Shown piece after piece: positions 29,917-40,577 of a DNA stretch of 64,000 nucleotides. The stretch spans positions 1,792,001 to 1,856,000 of the forward strand of contig CP181291.1 of the NCBI GenBank assembly GCA_052279835.1, in the 5' to 3' direction. This stretch comes from Microcoleus sp. GTDB lineage: Bacteria; Cyanobacteriota; Cyanobacteriia; Cyanobacteriales; Microcoleaceae. The notes beneath the pieces are model-generated. The model saw only the letters and a program-made list of their open reading frames with translations. It was not told the origin of the DNA and made no database searches. Made by a program: the position numbers and the translations under genes. The number at the start of each line of letters is the position of its first letter. The stretch's first letter is position 1.

Positions 29917-32900
29917 ATGGATAACTCCCTAGAAACCACCAACCTAAATTGGCAAAGCCCACCACCTTCTGTATCGCCAAATCAGCTTCAATTGTGGCAG
30001 CACCTTTGGGAAGAAGTGAGTTATGGGATTTGGGTCCTGGATGTTTTGGATCAAGGCCAAGAGTTTCGGTACGCAGCCTTTAATCCGGCGATCGCCCGCA
30101 CTAGCCCGATCCCTGTCGAGCAATTGCTGGGCCTGACTGTCACCGAAGCCCTCCCGGAAGCGATGGCGAAAGTTTACCACCACCGCTATAGTCAGTGCGT
30201 GCGATCGGGGAAATCCATTTGCTTTGAGGAACGCTTTTGCCACAGTGAAGAGGAAGTTTGGTGGCGACTGACAGTGAGCCCGCTGCGAAACCATTGTCAG
30301 CAGATCGATCGGCTAGTGGTGACGGCGATCGATATTAGCGAATTCTACTGTGTCGATGGTGATTTGGGCGATCGCACAACGACCCAAATAGCTTTGCGCG
30401 AAAGCCAGCAGCAGTTACAGCTTGCTCTCCGCGTTGCGAAAATGGGGGTTTGGTATTGGGATGTGGCAACGAATGTAATTACTTGGACTGCGGAAGCGGA
30501 GAGGGTTTTTGGGTTAGAAGCCGGTACTTTTGGGGGTTCGCTGTCGGCTTTTTTGGAGAGGCTGCATCCCGATGAGTTAGAACCTGTGAATCGGGCTCTC
30601 CAACGAGCTCTAGATGGGGAAGAGGTTTATCAAATTGAGTACCGAACTATTTTCCCAGATGGCACGATTCACTGGATTGAGGCTCAGGGGGATGTGTTGC
30701 GAGATTCAGGGGGGCTGCCTATTTCTATGATAGGGGTGGTGAGAGATGTTAGCGATCGCAAACGGGATCAAAAAGAGCAGGCTCGCTTATTATCAATTTT
30801 GGAAGCTACTTCGGATTTTGTGGGTACTGCTGACTCCAAGGGCCTGGTGCTTTATATGAATCGGGCCGCCAGAGAGATGGTGGGGCTGCCGCCAGAGGAA
30901 GCCATCGCGCACAGAAGCTTGAGTGACAACCATCCAGCATGGGTGAATCAGCTCATGTTCGGTGAAGCTTTACCGGAAACAATGCGATCGGGTAGTTGGC
31001 TGGGCGAGACAGCTATCTTAGGGAAAGATGGGCGGGAAGTTCCTGTTTCCCAACTGATTTTGGCCCATCACTCGCCAGCGGGAGAACTTGAGTATTTCTC
31101 AACGATTGCACGGGATATTAGCGATCGCAAACAGCAAGAAAATGCCCTACGCTTCATTGTTGAAGGGACTGTTTCTAAGACAGGTGGTGAGTTTTTCCGC
31201 GCTTGCGTAGAGCATCTGGCTGAAATTTGCCAAGTCAAGTATGCCTTCATTACGGAACTGGTAGATCGGACTTTTAGTAAGTTGAGAATGCTAGCACTCT
31301 GGACGGGGGAGGGGTTTGCGGAACCTTATGAATTTGACGTGGCAGGAACGCCCTGTAGCGTTGTGTTTCGGGAAACCTGGGGCGTTTTTCCCGATCGACT
31401 TAGGGCGCAGTTTCCTGATGCCGATAGGCTGGCTACTTTGGGTTGTGAAAGTTATTTGGGTGTTGCGATCGTGGATTCCCAGGGTAGGGCAATGGGTAAT
31501 CTGGGAATTCTCGATACTAAGCCGCTGACGGGCAATCTGAGTGTTGCTAAGTCTATTTTGCAGCTTTTTGCAGCGCGGGTGGGGGCGGAAATGGAGCGTC
31601 ATGCTGTGGAGCTCAAACTTCAGGAGCAAGAGCAGTTTCTGAGAACTGTTTATGAAGGTGCAAATCAGCCGATATTTGCGATCGATGTTTTGCCGGATAA
31701 TCAGTTTCGCTATGTGGGTTGGAATGCTGCGGCCGAAGCAGCATCGGGTATGCGCAGTCAGGATATTAGCGGCAAAACTCCCGAAGAAATTTATGGTGTG
31801 GAAGCTGGTGCTTTAGAGCGTCAACGCTTGGAAAAATGTTTGGCTTCAGAAAGGTCGGGCAGTTATGAAGAATGTCTCGTGTTTGAGGGGCAAAAGTCTT
31901 GGTGGGTGACTACTCACAATCCGGTTAAAGATAGTAATGGCAAGGTTTATCGGTTGATTGGGACTACTTTTGATATCAGTCATCGCAAGGTTACTGAAGC
32001 GGCTCTGAGGGACTATGCTAACCGCCAAACTTTGCTAAATCAGTTGGTTAGTCAGATTCACAATTCCCTGGATTTGGATTCGGTAATTGCTACGACAATT
32101 CAGTCGATTCGAGATTTTTTGGACATTGATAAGTGTGCTTTTGCTTGGTACAATTCAGACCCTGAATCTCCTATCTGGGAAGTGATTGAAGAAGCTCGAC
32201 TCCCAGATATTGCTAGCGGTATAGGGTCTTATTCTCCTACTTTTGTTGGGCCTGTTGACCAATTGCTGCTCGACCAGGAAATTATCCGTATTGACGATGT
32301 GGCACTGTATGAAGAAGAGGTGCACCGGGGGTTTCTGAATACTCTTAATTGTCAGTCAGAAATTCTGCTACCAGTCCGCACTCATTCGCAGCGGATGGGG
32401 GTGATTATCTGCTTGCATCACTGTCAGGTTCGTCCTTGGACGGATAGTGAAGTGGAACTGTTGAAGGCTGTCAGCGATCAATTGGCGATCGCGATCGATC
32501 AAGCGGAGTTGTATGCGGAAAGCCGCGCTAAAAGTCAGGATCTGCAACAAGCTCTGAAGGAACTGCAACGCACTCAATCTCAAATGGTGCAAGCTGAGAA
32601 GATGTCTAGTTTAGGCCAATTGGTTGCGGGAATTGCTCATGAAATTAACAATCCAGTGAACTTTATTCACGGTAATGTAGTCCATGCAAGAGACTATACC
32701 CAAGATTTGCTGGATTTGCTGGCTTTGTACCAAGCAGAATACCCTCAACCGAGCGATGCGATCGCGGCAAAACTAGAAACCATGGACTTGAATTTTCTCT
32801 GCCTAGATTTACGCAAGTTGTTTAGTTCCATGAAGGTGGGAACGGAACGCATCCGCCAAATTGTCAAGTCCCTCCGTTTATTTTCTCGCCTGGATGAATC

Positions 32901-33429
32901 GGAATTCAAGCCGGTGGATATTCACGATGGCCTTGAGAGTACGTTAATGATTTTGCAAAACCGCCTCAAGGCTAAACCGGGGCGTGCGGAAATTCAAATT
33001 GTCAAAAATTATGGCAATTTACCTGAAGTCGAGTGCTTTGCTGGACAATTGAATCAGGTATTCATGAATATTCTTACCAATGCGATCGATGCCTTGGAAG
33101 AACGAGACCAAGGGCGATCGCTCGCTGAGCAACAACAAGACCCCAGTACCATCTGTATCATAACAAGGATGAAATTACCTAACCATGTTTATATCCAAAT
33201 TATCGATAACGGCATCGGCATTCCATCACCTATCAAAGAAAAGATTTTCGATCCATTTTTCACAACCAAACCAGTTGGCCAAGGCACGGGAATGGGGATG
33301 TCAATTAGTTACCAAATCATTATTGAAAAACACAAAGGCACCCTAGAGTGCTTTTCTCACCCGGAAACCGGCACAGAATTTGCGATCCAAATTCCCATCT
33401 TGCAGCAACCTAGAGACAGCTATAATTAG
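29917..33429 (+). CDS. Cytoplasmic multi-sensor histidine kinase (PAS x3-GAF-PAS-GAF-HisKA-HATPase)
   Basis: PAC ends DISE, DVSDRK, DISDRK, DISHRK; two GAF domains; [32 protein letters not shown] at 29917 preferred over the track start at 29833. Confidence 0.9.
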   Translation: MDNSLETTNLNWQSPPPSVSPNQLQLWQHLWEEVSYGIWVLDVLDQGQEFRYAAFNPAIARTSPIPVEQLLGLTVTEALPEAMAKVYHHRYSQCVRSGKSICFEERFCHSEEEVWWRLTVSPLRNHCQQIDRLVVTAIDISEFYCVDGDLGDRTTTQIALRESQQQLQLALRVAKMGVWYWDVATNVITWTAEAERVFGLEAGTFGGSLSAFLERLHPDELEPVNRALQRALDGEEVYQIEYRTIFPDGTIHWIEAQGDVLRDSGGLPISMIGVVRDVSDRKRDQKEQARLLSILEATSDFVGTADSKGLVLYMNRAAREMVGLPPEEAIAHRSLSDNHPAWVNQLMFGEALPETMRSGSWLGETAILGKDGREVPVSQLILAHHSPAGELEYFSTIARDISDRKQQENALRFIVEGTVSKTGGEFFRACVEHLAEICQVKYAFITELVDRTFSKLRMLALWTGEGFAEPYEFDVAGTPCSVVFRETWGVFPDRLRAQFPDADRLATLGCESYLGVAIVDSQGRAMGNLGILDTKPLTGNLSVAKSILQLFAARVGAEMERHAVELKLQEQEQFLRTVYEGANQPIFAIDVLPDNQFRYVGWNAAAEAASGMRSQDISGKTPEEIYGVEAGALERQRLEKCLASERSGSYEECLVFEGQKSWWVTTHNPVKDSNGKVYRLIGTTFDISHRKVTEAALRDYANRQTLLNQLVSQIHNSLDLDSVIATTIQSIRDFLDIDKCAFAWYNSDPESPIWEVIEEARLPDIASGIGSYSPTFVGPVDQLLLDQEIIRIDDVALYEEEVHRGFLNTLNCQSEILLPVRTHSQRMGVIICLHHCQVRPWTDSEVELLKAVSDQLAIAIDQAELYAESRAKSQDLQQALKELQRTQSQMVQAEKMSSLGQLVAGIAHEINNPVNFIHGNVVHARDYTQDLLDLLALYQAEYPQPSDAIAAKLETMDLNFLCLDLRKLFSSMKVGTERIRQIVKSLRLFSRLDESEFKPVDIHDGLESTLMILQNRLKAKPGRAEIQIVKNYGNLPEVECFAGQLNQVFMNILTNAIDALEERDQGRSLAEQQQDPSTICIITRMKLPNHVYIQIIDNGIGIPSPIKEKIFDPFFTTKPVGQGTGMGMSISYQIIIEKHKGTLECFSHPETGTEFAIQIPILQQPRDSYN

Positions 33430-33441
33430 CAAGTCGTCTGC

Positions 33442-33561
33442 GTGCATCCCGATTTTGCATAGGCGAAGCATGACCGCAGACAATTTATTAGGGATAACCA
33501 GAGATTTACAGCGGTCATGCTTCGCCCCTACGAATATATTTGCACTCATTGAGATGCACCC
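33442..33561. repeat. ~120-bp nested palindromic element (REP/MITE-like), copy 1
   Basis: Outer IR GTGCATC/GATGCAC. Inner perfect 16-bp IR GGCGAAGCATGACCGC (33462-33477) and GCGGTCATGCTTCGCC (33511-33526), followed by CCTAC. Second copy at 49915-50035. Confidence 0.85.
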
Positions 33562-33629
33562 ATTTCCACAACTGTAACAATCAAAAATTTAACTTTTAAA
33601 AAAATTGGTTAAAATTGAGGACAGCCACC

Positions 33630-36600
33630 ATGAAAAATGATTCTACTTTCCGTTGTCTCCTTCCTAAATATGAATTAATAGAAAGACTTTATAAGGGTTA
33701 TAAAAGCGAAGTTTATCGGGCTTTGAGACGGGCAGATAGACAACCAGTTGTGATTAAAATATTACGACAAGAATACCCCAGTTTCAGCGAATTATTGCAC
33801 TTCCGCAACCAATATACCATCGGCAAAAATCTCCCAATCGTCGGCATCGTTCGTCCCTTGTGCTTAGAAAACTATCAGCACAGTTATGCCTTAGTCATGG
33901 AAGATTTTGGGGGCATTTCTCTGCGAGAATATGTCAAAATTCATCCCTTGGAGTTGGCAGAGTTTTTGACCGTAGCTGTGGAACTTGCGGACATCCTCCA
34001 TTATCTTTATCAAAACCATGTCATCCACAAAGATATTAAACCAGCTAACATCCTGATTAATCCAGAAACTAAACAAGTAAAACTGATTGATTTTAGCATC
34101 GCCTCCCTACTCTCCAAAGAAATTTCCGAAATTAAAAATCCCCTAGTTTTGGAAGGGACAATTGCTTATATTTCTCCCGAACAAACTGGCAGAATGAATC
34201 GAGGCATAGACTACCGTAGCGATCTGTATTCCTTGGGAGTAACATTTTTTGAACTCCTCGCTGGACACTTACCGTTTATTTCCGACGATTTCATGGAATT
34301 GGTACATTGTCATATTGCCAAAAATCCTCCACCATTAGACGCTGGCGAGCAGATTCCTGCTGTGCTGTCCGATTTGGTGATGAAATTGATGGCAAAAAAT
34401 GCCGAAGATCGTTATCAAAGTGCTTTGGGATTAAAGTATGACTTACAACAGTGTCTCAAACAATGGCAAGAAACCGGGAAAGTAGATAAATTTGAACTGG
34501 GACAACGAGATATCTGCGATCGCTTCATTATTCCCGAAAAACTCTACGGGCGGGAAACCGAAGTTCAACAACTCTTAGAAGCTTTTGAAAGAGTCGCTAA
34601 CCCCACTACCAAAAAAGAAGGAAGGGGAGTGGAACTTATGTTAGTGGCTGGTTTTTCTGGAATTGGCAAAACAGCAGTCGTCAACGAGGTTCATAAACCC
34701 ATAGTTCGGCAACGGGGCTATTTCATCAAAGGAAAATTCGACCAATTCAATCGCAACATACCCTTTAGTGCTTTTGTGCAAGCTTTTCGGAACTTAATGG
34801 GGCAACTGCTATCTGAATCTGATGCTCAAATTCCTGTCTGGAAAACCAAGATCCAGTCAGCATTAGGTGACAGTGGACAAGTCATTATTGATGTGATTCC
34901 CGAACTCGAAGGCATAATTGGCAAACAGCCATCAGTCCCAGAATTATCAGGAGTAGCCGCCCAAAACCGCTTTAATGTTTTATTTCATAAATTTTTGTCT
35001 TTATTCAGCACTAAAGACCATCCATTAGTAATATTTTTGGATGACTTACAGTGGGTAGATTCCGCTTCACTAAATTTGATGAAACTCCTGATGAGTGAGT
35101 CTCAGAGTGGGTCTCTATTACTGATAGGAGCTTATCGAGACAATGAAGTTTCCCTAGCTCATCCTTTGATGTTGACCCTGGATGAAATCAGCAAAACAGG
35201 GGCAACTATTAATACAATTACCTTAGCACCGCTCAGTCACCGTAGCTTGAATCAACTGGTGGCAGATACGCTGAATTGCAATCCTCATGCAGCCCAACCA
35301 CTCACAGAACTGCTCGCCCAAAAAACCAAAGGAAATCCGTTTTTTACTACCCAATTTTTCAAAGCATTATATCAGGATGGATTGATTACTTTTAACTCAA
35401 AAGCCGGATATTGGGAGTGCGACATCATCAAAGTCCGGGAGCAAGCATTGACAGAGGACGTAGTGGAGTTCATGGCACAACAGTTACAAAAGTTGTCCCC
35501 AGAAACCCAAGGCGTTTTAAAGTTAGCTGCTTGTATTGGCAATCAGTTCGATTTGAATACACTGGCGATCGTTTCCGAACAATCTGAAACTGCCACCGCG
35601 ATCGCACTTTGGCAAGCACTAGAAGAAGGGCTAATTCTCCCCACCAGCGAAATGTACAAATTTTATCTGGATGACAGTCACTTTGTGCTGAACGCGGAAC
35701 CTTCTACACTGATCTATAAATTCTTACACGATCGCGTCCAACAAGCCGCTTACTCTCTGATTCCTGAAGCACAAAAACAAATAACTCACCTCAAAATTGG
35801 CCAACTGTTGCTGAATCATGCCTCCTTGGGCGAACAGGAAGCAAAACTGTTTGAAATTGTCAATCAACTGAACATCGGCAAAAGCCTGATCGCTGAGCCA
35901 TCTGAGCAAACCCAACTCGCCCAACTCAATCTCCAAGCTACACAAAAAGCGCGATCGGCCACAGCATACACCGCCGGATTCCAGTATGCCACCACAGGCA
36001 TCAGCTTGCTAGCTGTGGATCGCTGGACAGCTCAATACCAACTCACCCTACTACTTTACGAAGCTGCCACTGAAACTGCCTATCTCAGTGGTAACACAGA
36101 ACAGGTAGCAGCATTCATAGCAGTCATCTTAGAACACGCTAGAACCCTTTTTGATACAGTTAAAGTTTATGAAATTCAAATTCAAGCAGCTCAAGCTCAA
36201 CATAATTTTCTAGAAGCTGTGCAGATTGCCATCAAGATTTTAGAGCCTCTGGGAACCAGTTTTCCACAGCAACCCAGCCAATCAGACATTGCACAAGCAT
36301 TCGACATCACCAAGTCCCTACTGGATGGAAGGCAACCACCAGACTTGATGGTTTTGCCTGAGATGACCGAACCGCATAAACTAGCTGCTATGCGTATTCT
36401 CTCAGGTGTTTCCGCTTCTGCCTTTGTGGCTGCTCCAACACTTTTGCCATTTATTATCTTGGAGCAAGTGAATTTGTCGCTTCAATACGGCAATACCTCA
36501 TTTTCTACTAAAGGCTATGCCTACTATGGACTGATGCTTTGTGGTGTGGCGGGAGATATTGATACTGGCTATCAGTTTGGACAACTGGCAATAGCGTTGC

Positions 36601-39023
36601 TGCAACAGCTTAATGCTAAAGAGCAGAAAGCTGCCACCTATGTCGGAGTTAATTGTAGTGTATTACATTGGAAAGAACCACTGCGGAATACTTTACCGTA
36701 TTTTCGGGAAGGCTATCAAAGCGGGCTGGAAACGGGAGACTTAGAATCAGCTACAATTTGTGCATTTGGTTACGTCATGCACTCTTGGTTGGTGGGTGCA
36801 GAGCTGGGCGATCTGGGTCGGGAAAGTGCGGCTTTCAGCGTTCAACTCACTCAACTTAATCAAGCAGGGCTTTTGAGTCATTTAACCATTTTTCAGCAAG
36901 CAATTCTGAATTTAATGGGCGATTGCTCTGAACCATGGCAACTGAGAGGAAATGCCTTCAATCAAGAGCAAACATTGCCAGAAATTTACAAAGCCGGCGA
37001 CCAAACTGCTCTTTGCTATTTCCATATTAGCAAACTGCTTCTGTGTTATCTGTTTGGCAAGTTCGAGCTGGCAGTAACAGTGGCGATCGCAGCGGAAAAC
37101 CATCTCAGTGGTGCCACAGGACTGTTCGTAGTTCCCATCTTTCACACCTATGATTCTCTCGCCCACTTAGCTATATATTCCCACGTCTCGGAACTCGAAC
37201 AACTACAAATTCTGCAACGAGTCACCCATAACCAAGAAAAGATGAAAAAGTGGGCGGATCATGCTCCGGTAAATCATCTGCACAAGTTTGATTTGGTGGA
37301 AGCAGAGCGGTATCGCATTCTGGGACAAAAGTTAGAGGCGATCGAATACTACGATCGCGCGATCGCCCTGGCCAAAGAACACCAATTCCTCAACGAAGAA
37401 GCCCTAGCCAACGAACTCTGCGCTAAATTTTACCTGGAATGGGGCAAGGAAAAAGTCGCCCAAACTTACATGACAGAAGCTTACTACTGCTACGCCCGCT
37501 GGGGAGCGAAAGCCAAAGTAGAAGACTTAGAAACCCGGTATCCCGAACTGCTCCAGCAGATACTATTGCAGTCAACCCAAACCAGCTTCCATCTCCTAGC
37601 AACCCTCACCAGTATTAATCACTCATCAACCCAAGCCTCCAGCAGCAGCATTTCCGATGCACTAGACTTTGCATCGGTGATCCAAGCTGCCCAAACCCTT
37701 TCCAGCGAAATCCAACTCAACGAACTGCTCAAACAACTAACTCAAATCATTCTGCAAAACGCCGGCGCTGACAAATGCGTATTAATCCTACCCCTAGACA
37801 AAATCTGGGTAGTGAGGGCAATATCAACAATTGAAGCTACAGAACTGTGTTCAGAAGCCTTGGAAAACAGCCCTGACGTTCCCATCCAACTGATTCAATA
37901 TGTCCGGCGGACAAAATCAGTCGTGGTTATCAATAACCTAGAAACGGACCTACCAGTCATTGACAACTACCTGATCCAATACCAGCCCAAAAGCATCCTC
38001 TGCTTGCCAATTCTCAACCAAGGAAACCTAGTCGGAATCCTTTACCTGAAAAATCAAAAAACCAAGGGCGTATTCACCAGATCGCGCCTGATGGTGATCG
38101 AGTTCCTCTGCACCCAAGCGGCGATTTCCTTAGAAAATGCGCGACTCTATCACCAGTCTCAAGCCTATGCCCAAGAGCTTGAACACTCTCAACTCCAAGT
38201 TATCCAAAGCGAAAAAATGTCTGCCTTGGGCAATTTGGTAGCGGGTGTCGCCCACGAAATCAACAACCCCATTGGCTTCCTCGGCGGCAACATTCAACCA
38301 GCCCTCGATTACGTCCGTGACTTGTTTAGCATCATAGATCTCTACCAACAAAAGTATCCCGAACGGGATCTGAATATGGAAGCAGAAATTGAGAACCTAG
38401 ACCTTGACTACATTCGACAGGACTTACCCAAGCTGCTTGGTTCCATGCACGAAGGTGTGAAGCGGATTCGGGATATCAGCACCAGCTTGCGAACTTTCTC
38501 CCGTGCAGACACCGATCGCCCTGTGGCGTGCAATATTCATGATGGGATCGACAGCACTATCATGATTCTCAAGCATCGTCTCAAAGCTTCGGAAACTCGC
38601 CCTGAAATTCGAGTGATTAAAAATTACGGTATTTTGCCCCAGATAGAATGCTATGTCGGTCAGTTAAATCAGGTGTTTATGAATTTGTTGGCTAATGCGA
38701 TCGATGCGATCGATGAGAGCAATCAAGGGCGGACTTATGAGGAGATTGAAGCTCGACCTAACCAAATCAGAATCACCACAGAATTATCAGGCGATCGAGA
38801 AGCAGTAATTCGCATTCAAGACAATGGTAAAGGGATGACTGAAGAGGTCAAACAAAAAATATTTGACCATTTATTTACTACGAAAGCGGTGGGTAAAGGT
38901 ACAGGATTGGGATTAGCGATCGCCCGTCAAATTGTGGAGGAAAAACATGGTGGAAAAATTACCGTTAATTCGGCTCCTATGGAGGGCACAGAGTTTACGA
39001 TCGCTATTCCTGTCAAATCCTAA
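33630..39023 (+). CDS. Hybrid Ser/Thr kinase-AAA ATPase-GAF-histidine kinase, paralogue 4
   Basis: Same motifs (HKDIKPAN, GFSGIGKT, FLDDLQW, HEINNP). ATG at 33630 gives MKND as in paralogues 2 and 3 and follows a GAGGA RBS. Confidence 0.92.
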   Translation: MKNDSTFRCLLPKYELIERLYKGYKSEVYRALRRADRQPVVIKILRQEYPSFSELLHFRNQYTIGKNLPIVGIVRPLCLENYQHSYALVMEDFGGISLREYVKIHPLELAEFLTVAVELADILHYLYQNHVIHKDIKPANILINPETKQVKLIDFSIASLLSKEISEIKNPLVLEGTIAYISPEQTGRMNRGIDYRSDLYSLGVTFFELLAGHLPFISDDFMELVHCHIAKNPPPLDAGEQIPAVLSDLVMKLMAKNAEDRYQSALGLKYDLQQCLKQWQETGKVDKFELGQRDICDRFIIPEKLYGRETEVQQLLEAFERVANPTTKKEGRGVELMLVAGFSGIGKTAVVNEVHKPIVRQRGYFIKGKFDQFNRNIPFSAFVQAFRNLMGQLLSESDAQIPVWKTKIQSALGDSGQVIIDVIPELEGIIGKQPSVPELSGVAAQNRFNVLFHKFLSLFSTKDHPLVIFLDDLQWVDSASLNLMKLLMSESQSGSLLLIGAYRDNEVSLAHPLMLTLDEISKTGATINTITLAPLSHRSLNQLVADTLNCNPHAAQPLTELLAQKTKGNPFFTTQFFKALYQDGLITFNSKAGYWECDIIKVREQALTEDVVEFMAQQLQKLSPETQGVLKLAACIGNQFDLNTLAIVSEQSETATAIALWQALEEGLILPTSEMYKFYLDDSHFVLNAEPSTLIYKFLHDRVQQAAYSLIPEAQKQITHLKIGQLLLNHASLGEQEAKLFEIVNQLNIGKSLIAEPSEQTQLAQLNLQATQKARSATAYTAGFQYATTGISLLAVDRWTAQYQLTLLLYEAATETAYLSGNTEQVAAFIAVILEHARTLFDTVKVYEIQIQAAQAQHNFLEAVQIAIKILEPLGTSFPQQPSQSDIAQAFDITKSLLDGRQPPDLMVLPEMTEPHKLAAMRILSGVSASAFVAAPTLLPFIILEQVNLSLQYGNTSFSTKGYAYYGLMLCGVAGDIDTGYQFGQLAIALLQQLNAKEQKAATYVGVNCSVLHWKEPLRNTLPYFREGYQSGLETGDLESATICAFGYVMHSWLVGAELGDLGRESAAFSVQLTQLNQAGLLSHLTIFQQAILNLMGDCSEPWQLRGNAFNQEQTLPEIYKAGDQTALCYFHISKLLLCYLFGKFELAVTVAIAAENHLSGATGLFVVPIFHTYDSLAHLAIYSHVSELEQLQILQRVTHNQEKMKKWADHAPVNHLHKFDLVEAERYRILGQKLEAIEYYDRAIALAKEHQFLNEEALANELCAKFYLEWGKEKVAQTYMTEAYYCYARWGAKAKVEDLETRYPELLQQILLQSTQTSFHLLATLTSINHSSTQASSSSISDALDFASVIQAAQTLSSEIQLNELLKQLTQIILQNAGADKCVLILPLDKIWVVRAISTIEATELCSEALENSPDVPIQLIQYVRRTKSVVVINNLETDLPVIDNYLIQYQPKSILCLPILNQGNLVGILYLKNQKTKGVFTRSRLMVIEFLCTQAAISLENARLYHQSQAYAQELEHSQLQVIQSEKMSALGNLVAGVAHEINNPIGFLGGNIQPALDYVRDLFSIIDLYQQKYPERDLNMEAEIENLDLDYIRQDLPKLLGSMHEGVKRIRDISTSLRTFSRADTDRPVACNIHDGIDSTIMILKHRLKASETRPEIRVIKNYGILPQIECYVGQLNQVFMNLLANAIDAIDESNQGRTYEEIEARPNQIRITTELSGDREAVIRIQDNGKGMTEEVKQKIFDHLFTTKAVGKGTGLGLAIARQIVEEKHGGKITVNSAPMEGTEFTIAIPVKS

Positions 39024-39030
39024 CAGCTTT

Positions 39031-39229
39031 GTCAATAGTCAATAGTCAGTAGCGGTGCCCGGCCCTGGGACCCTTCGACCCTTGGACGAAGCTGAGTGGC
39101 GTAGCAACCGGCAGTTAAGGCGCTGTGGTCATTGCTCCCGCTCAGGACAAGGGAGGGGGGCAGCACTTCGCTGACCCAAGGGCATTGTCAACAATCAACC
39201 ATCAAATCAGATTGTTACCGGAATTGATA
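39031..39229. repeat. Composite GC-rich repeat patch (heptamers plus SDR-like fragments plus MITE-like end)
   Basis: GTCAATA-GTCAATA-GTCAGTA, then CCCTTCGAC...CGCTCAGGACAAG, then TGTTACCGGAATTGATA, which resembles the reverse complement of the element end at 4955-4972. Confidence 0.45.
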
Positions 39230-39289
39230 GGACACTTTCCCTTAGTCCTGTTTGAAAAAAATCTCGGATAAAATAGTTCTTAGCTATCG

Positions 39290-39335
39290 ATACTCTTAGC
39301 AATCGCACTTTGTATACTGCGATTGCTAAGAGTAT
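39290..39335. repeat. Perfect 18-bp inverted repeat with 10-nt loop upstream of the SBP gene
   Basis: ATACTCTTAGCAATCGCA-CTTTGTATAC-TGCGATTGCTAAGAGTAT. Confidence 0.85.
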
Positions 39336-39566
39336 GGATGGCTCTACTCATGATATCATAAGACGGTGGAATATCAAAAGAAAAATCTCACATCAATCCC
39401 GATGGTAACTTAACTCCCACAACTTTCAAAAATTGCTTAAAAGTGAATATTCTATATAAAATACAAGCCGTGGGGGCTGTAGTTTTTTTAAAAATTCACT
39501 AACTAAAGAGTCGATCGATAGCATTCGATCCTGATTTTCATCACTTGTTGTAGGTCTCAAAAAAAT

Positions 39567-40577
39567 ATGAAATTAGTCCCGCTCAAATTCCAGTCAATCG
39601 TCATGAGCCTATTTATCCTAACCCTGGCATCTACCATGTTGCTACATGGATGTGTCGGGAAACAGAACCTCTCCCTTAAATCCTTGCGAGTCGGGATGAA
39701 TAATTGGCCTGGATACGCGATCGCCCTTTATGCTAAAGAAGCAGGCATATTTAAGAACCGCGGACTCAACGTAGAATTAGTTCGATTCAACAACCAGCAA
39801 GATAACATTCGCGCCAGCCTTCGCGGGTCCCTAGATGCCAGCTTTGTACCCCTGTGGGAGGCCATGCAAGTAGATCCGGGGAACGATCGCCCAGCTTATT
39901 TGATGGCGGTAGATATTTCCTCCGGTTCCGATGGAATTGTCGCTGGATCAAAGGTGAAATCGATGGCGGATTTGCGTGGCAAAACTGTAGGAGCTAAGCT
40001 GGGGACAGTCAGTCATTTGATTTTGCTAGAAGCTTTGAAATCCGAGAATCTGCAACCAAGCGACATCGAAATCAAAGACATTTCCAATGACACAGCAGTC
40101 CAACAGCTCAAGGAAGGTCAAATCGATGCAGCAGTTGTTTGGGAACCACTATTAAGTGAAACAGCCACAGCGATTAAAGGACCAATTATTTTTACGACTA
40201 AAGATGTAGATAGTCTCGTCATTGATGGTTTAGCCACTCGCAGCAGCTTTGCAGCCCAACATGAAGCAGAATTCACGCAATTTATCCTAGCATGGTTCGA
40301 TACAATTCATGCAGTAGAAACCAAACCCAACGAAGTCTTTGAGAGTGTAGCTCGGCAATTAGGACAAACCAAAGAGTCGTTTATGCAAGATTATTCAGGA
40401 CTAAAAAAAGGAGATATTGCCATGAATAAACGGATGTTTGAGGGTCGTTTGGAGTCGGCAAAGCAGCAAATTATTCAGTTGCTTAAGGCGGATTCGCGGC
40501 ATCGTCAAATCATCCGGGAAGATATTGATATTAACGATCGGCCGCTTAAGGCTGCAATTGAGCTATGGAAACCTTGA
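39567..40577 (+). CDS. ABC-type substrate-binding lipoprotein, NitT/TauT (SsuA/NMT1-like) family
   Basis: Signal peptide with lipobox-like [37 protein letters not shown]. No permease or ATPase gene adjacent. Confidence 0.85.
   Translation: MKLVPLKFQSIVMSLFILTLASTMLLHGCVGKQNLSLKSLRVGMNNWPGYAIALYAKEAGIFKNRGLNVELVRFNNQQDNIRASLRGSLDASFVPLWEAMQVDPGNDRPAYLMAVDISSGSDGIVAGSKVKSMADLRGKTVGAKLGTVSHLILLEALKSENLQPSDIEIKDISNDTAVQQLKEGQIDAAVVWEPLLSETATAIKGPIIFTTKDVDSLVIDGLATRSSFAAQHEAEFTQFILAWFDTIHAVETKPNEVFESVARQLGQTKESFMQDYSGLKKGDIAMNKRMFEGRLESAKQQIIQLLKADSRHRQIIREDIDINDRPLKAAIELWKP

Noticed and set aside
29615..29932. 105-aa ORF between paralogue 3 and the PAS kinase
   Set aside because: GTG start, no recognisable motif, and it overlaps the likely kinase start; probably spurious.
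32030..32520. Cyanobacteriochrome GAF photoreceptor
   Set aside because: The position of the bilin-binding Cys-His motif reads EEVHRGFL, and no DxCF or W-x-D pocket motif is visible.
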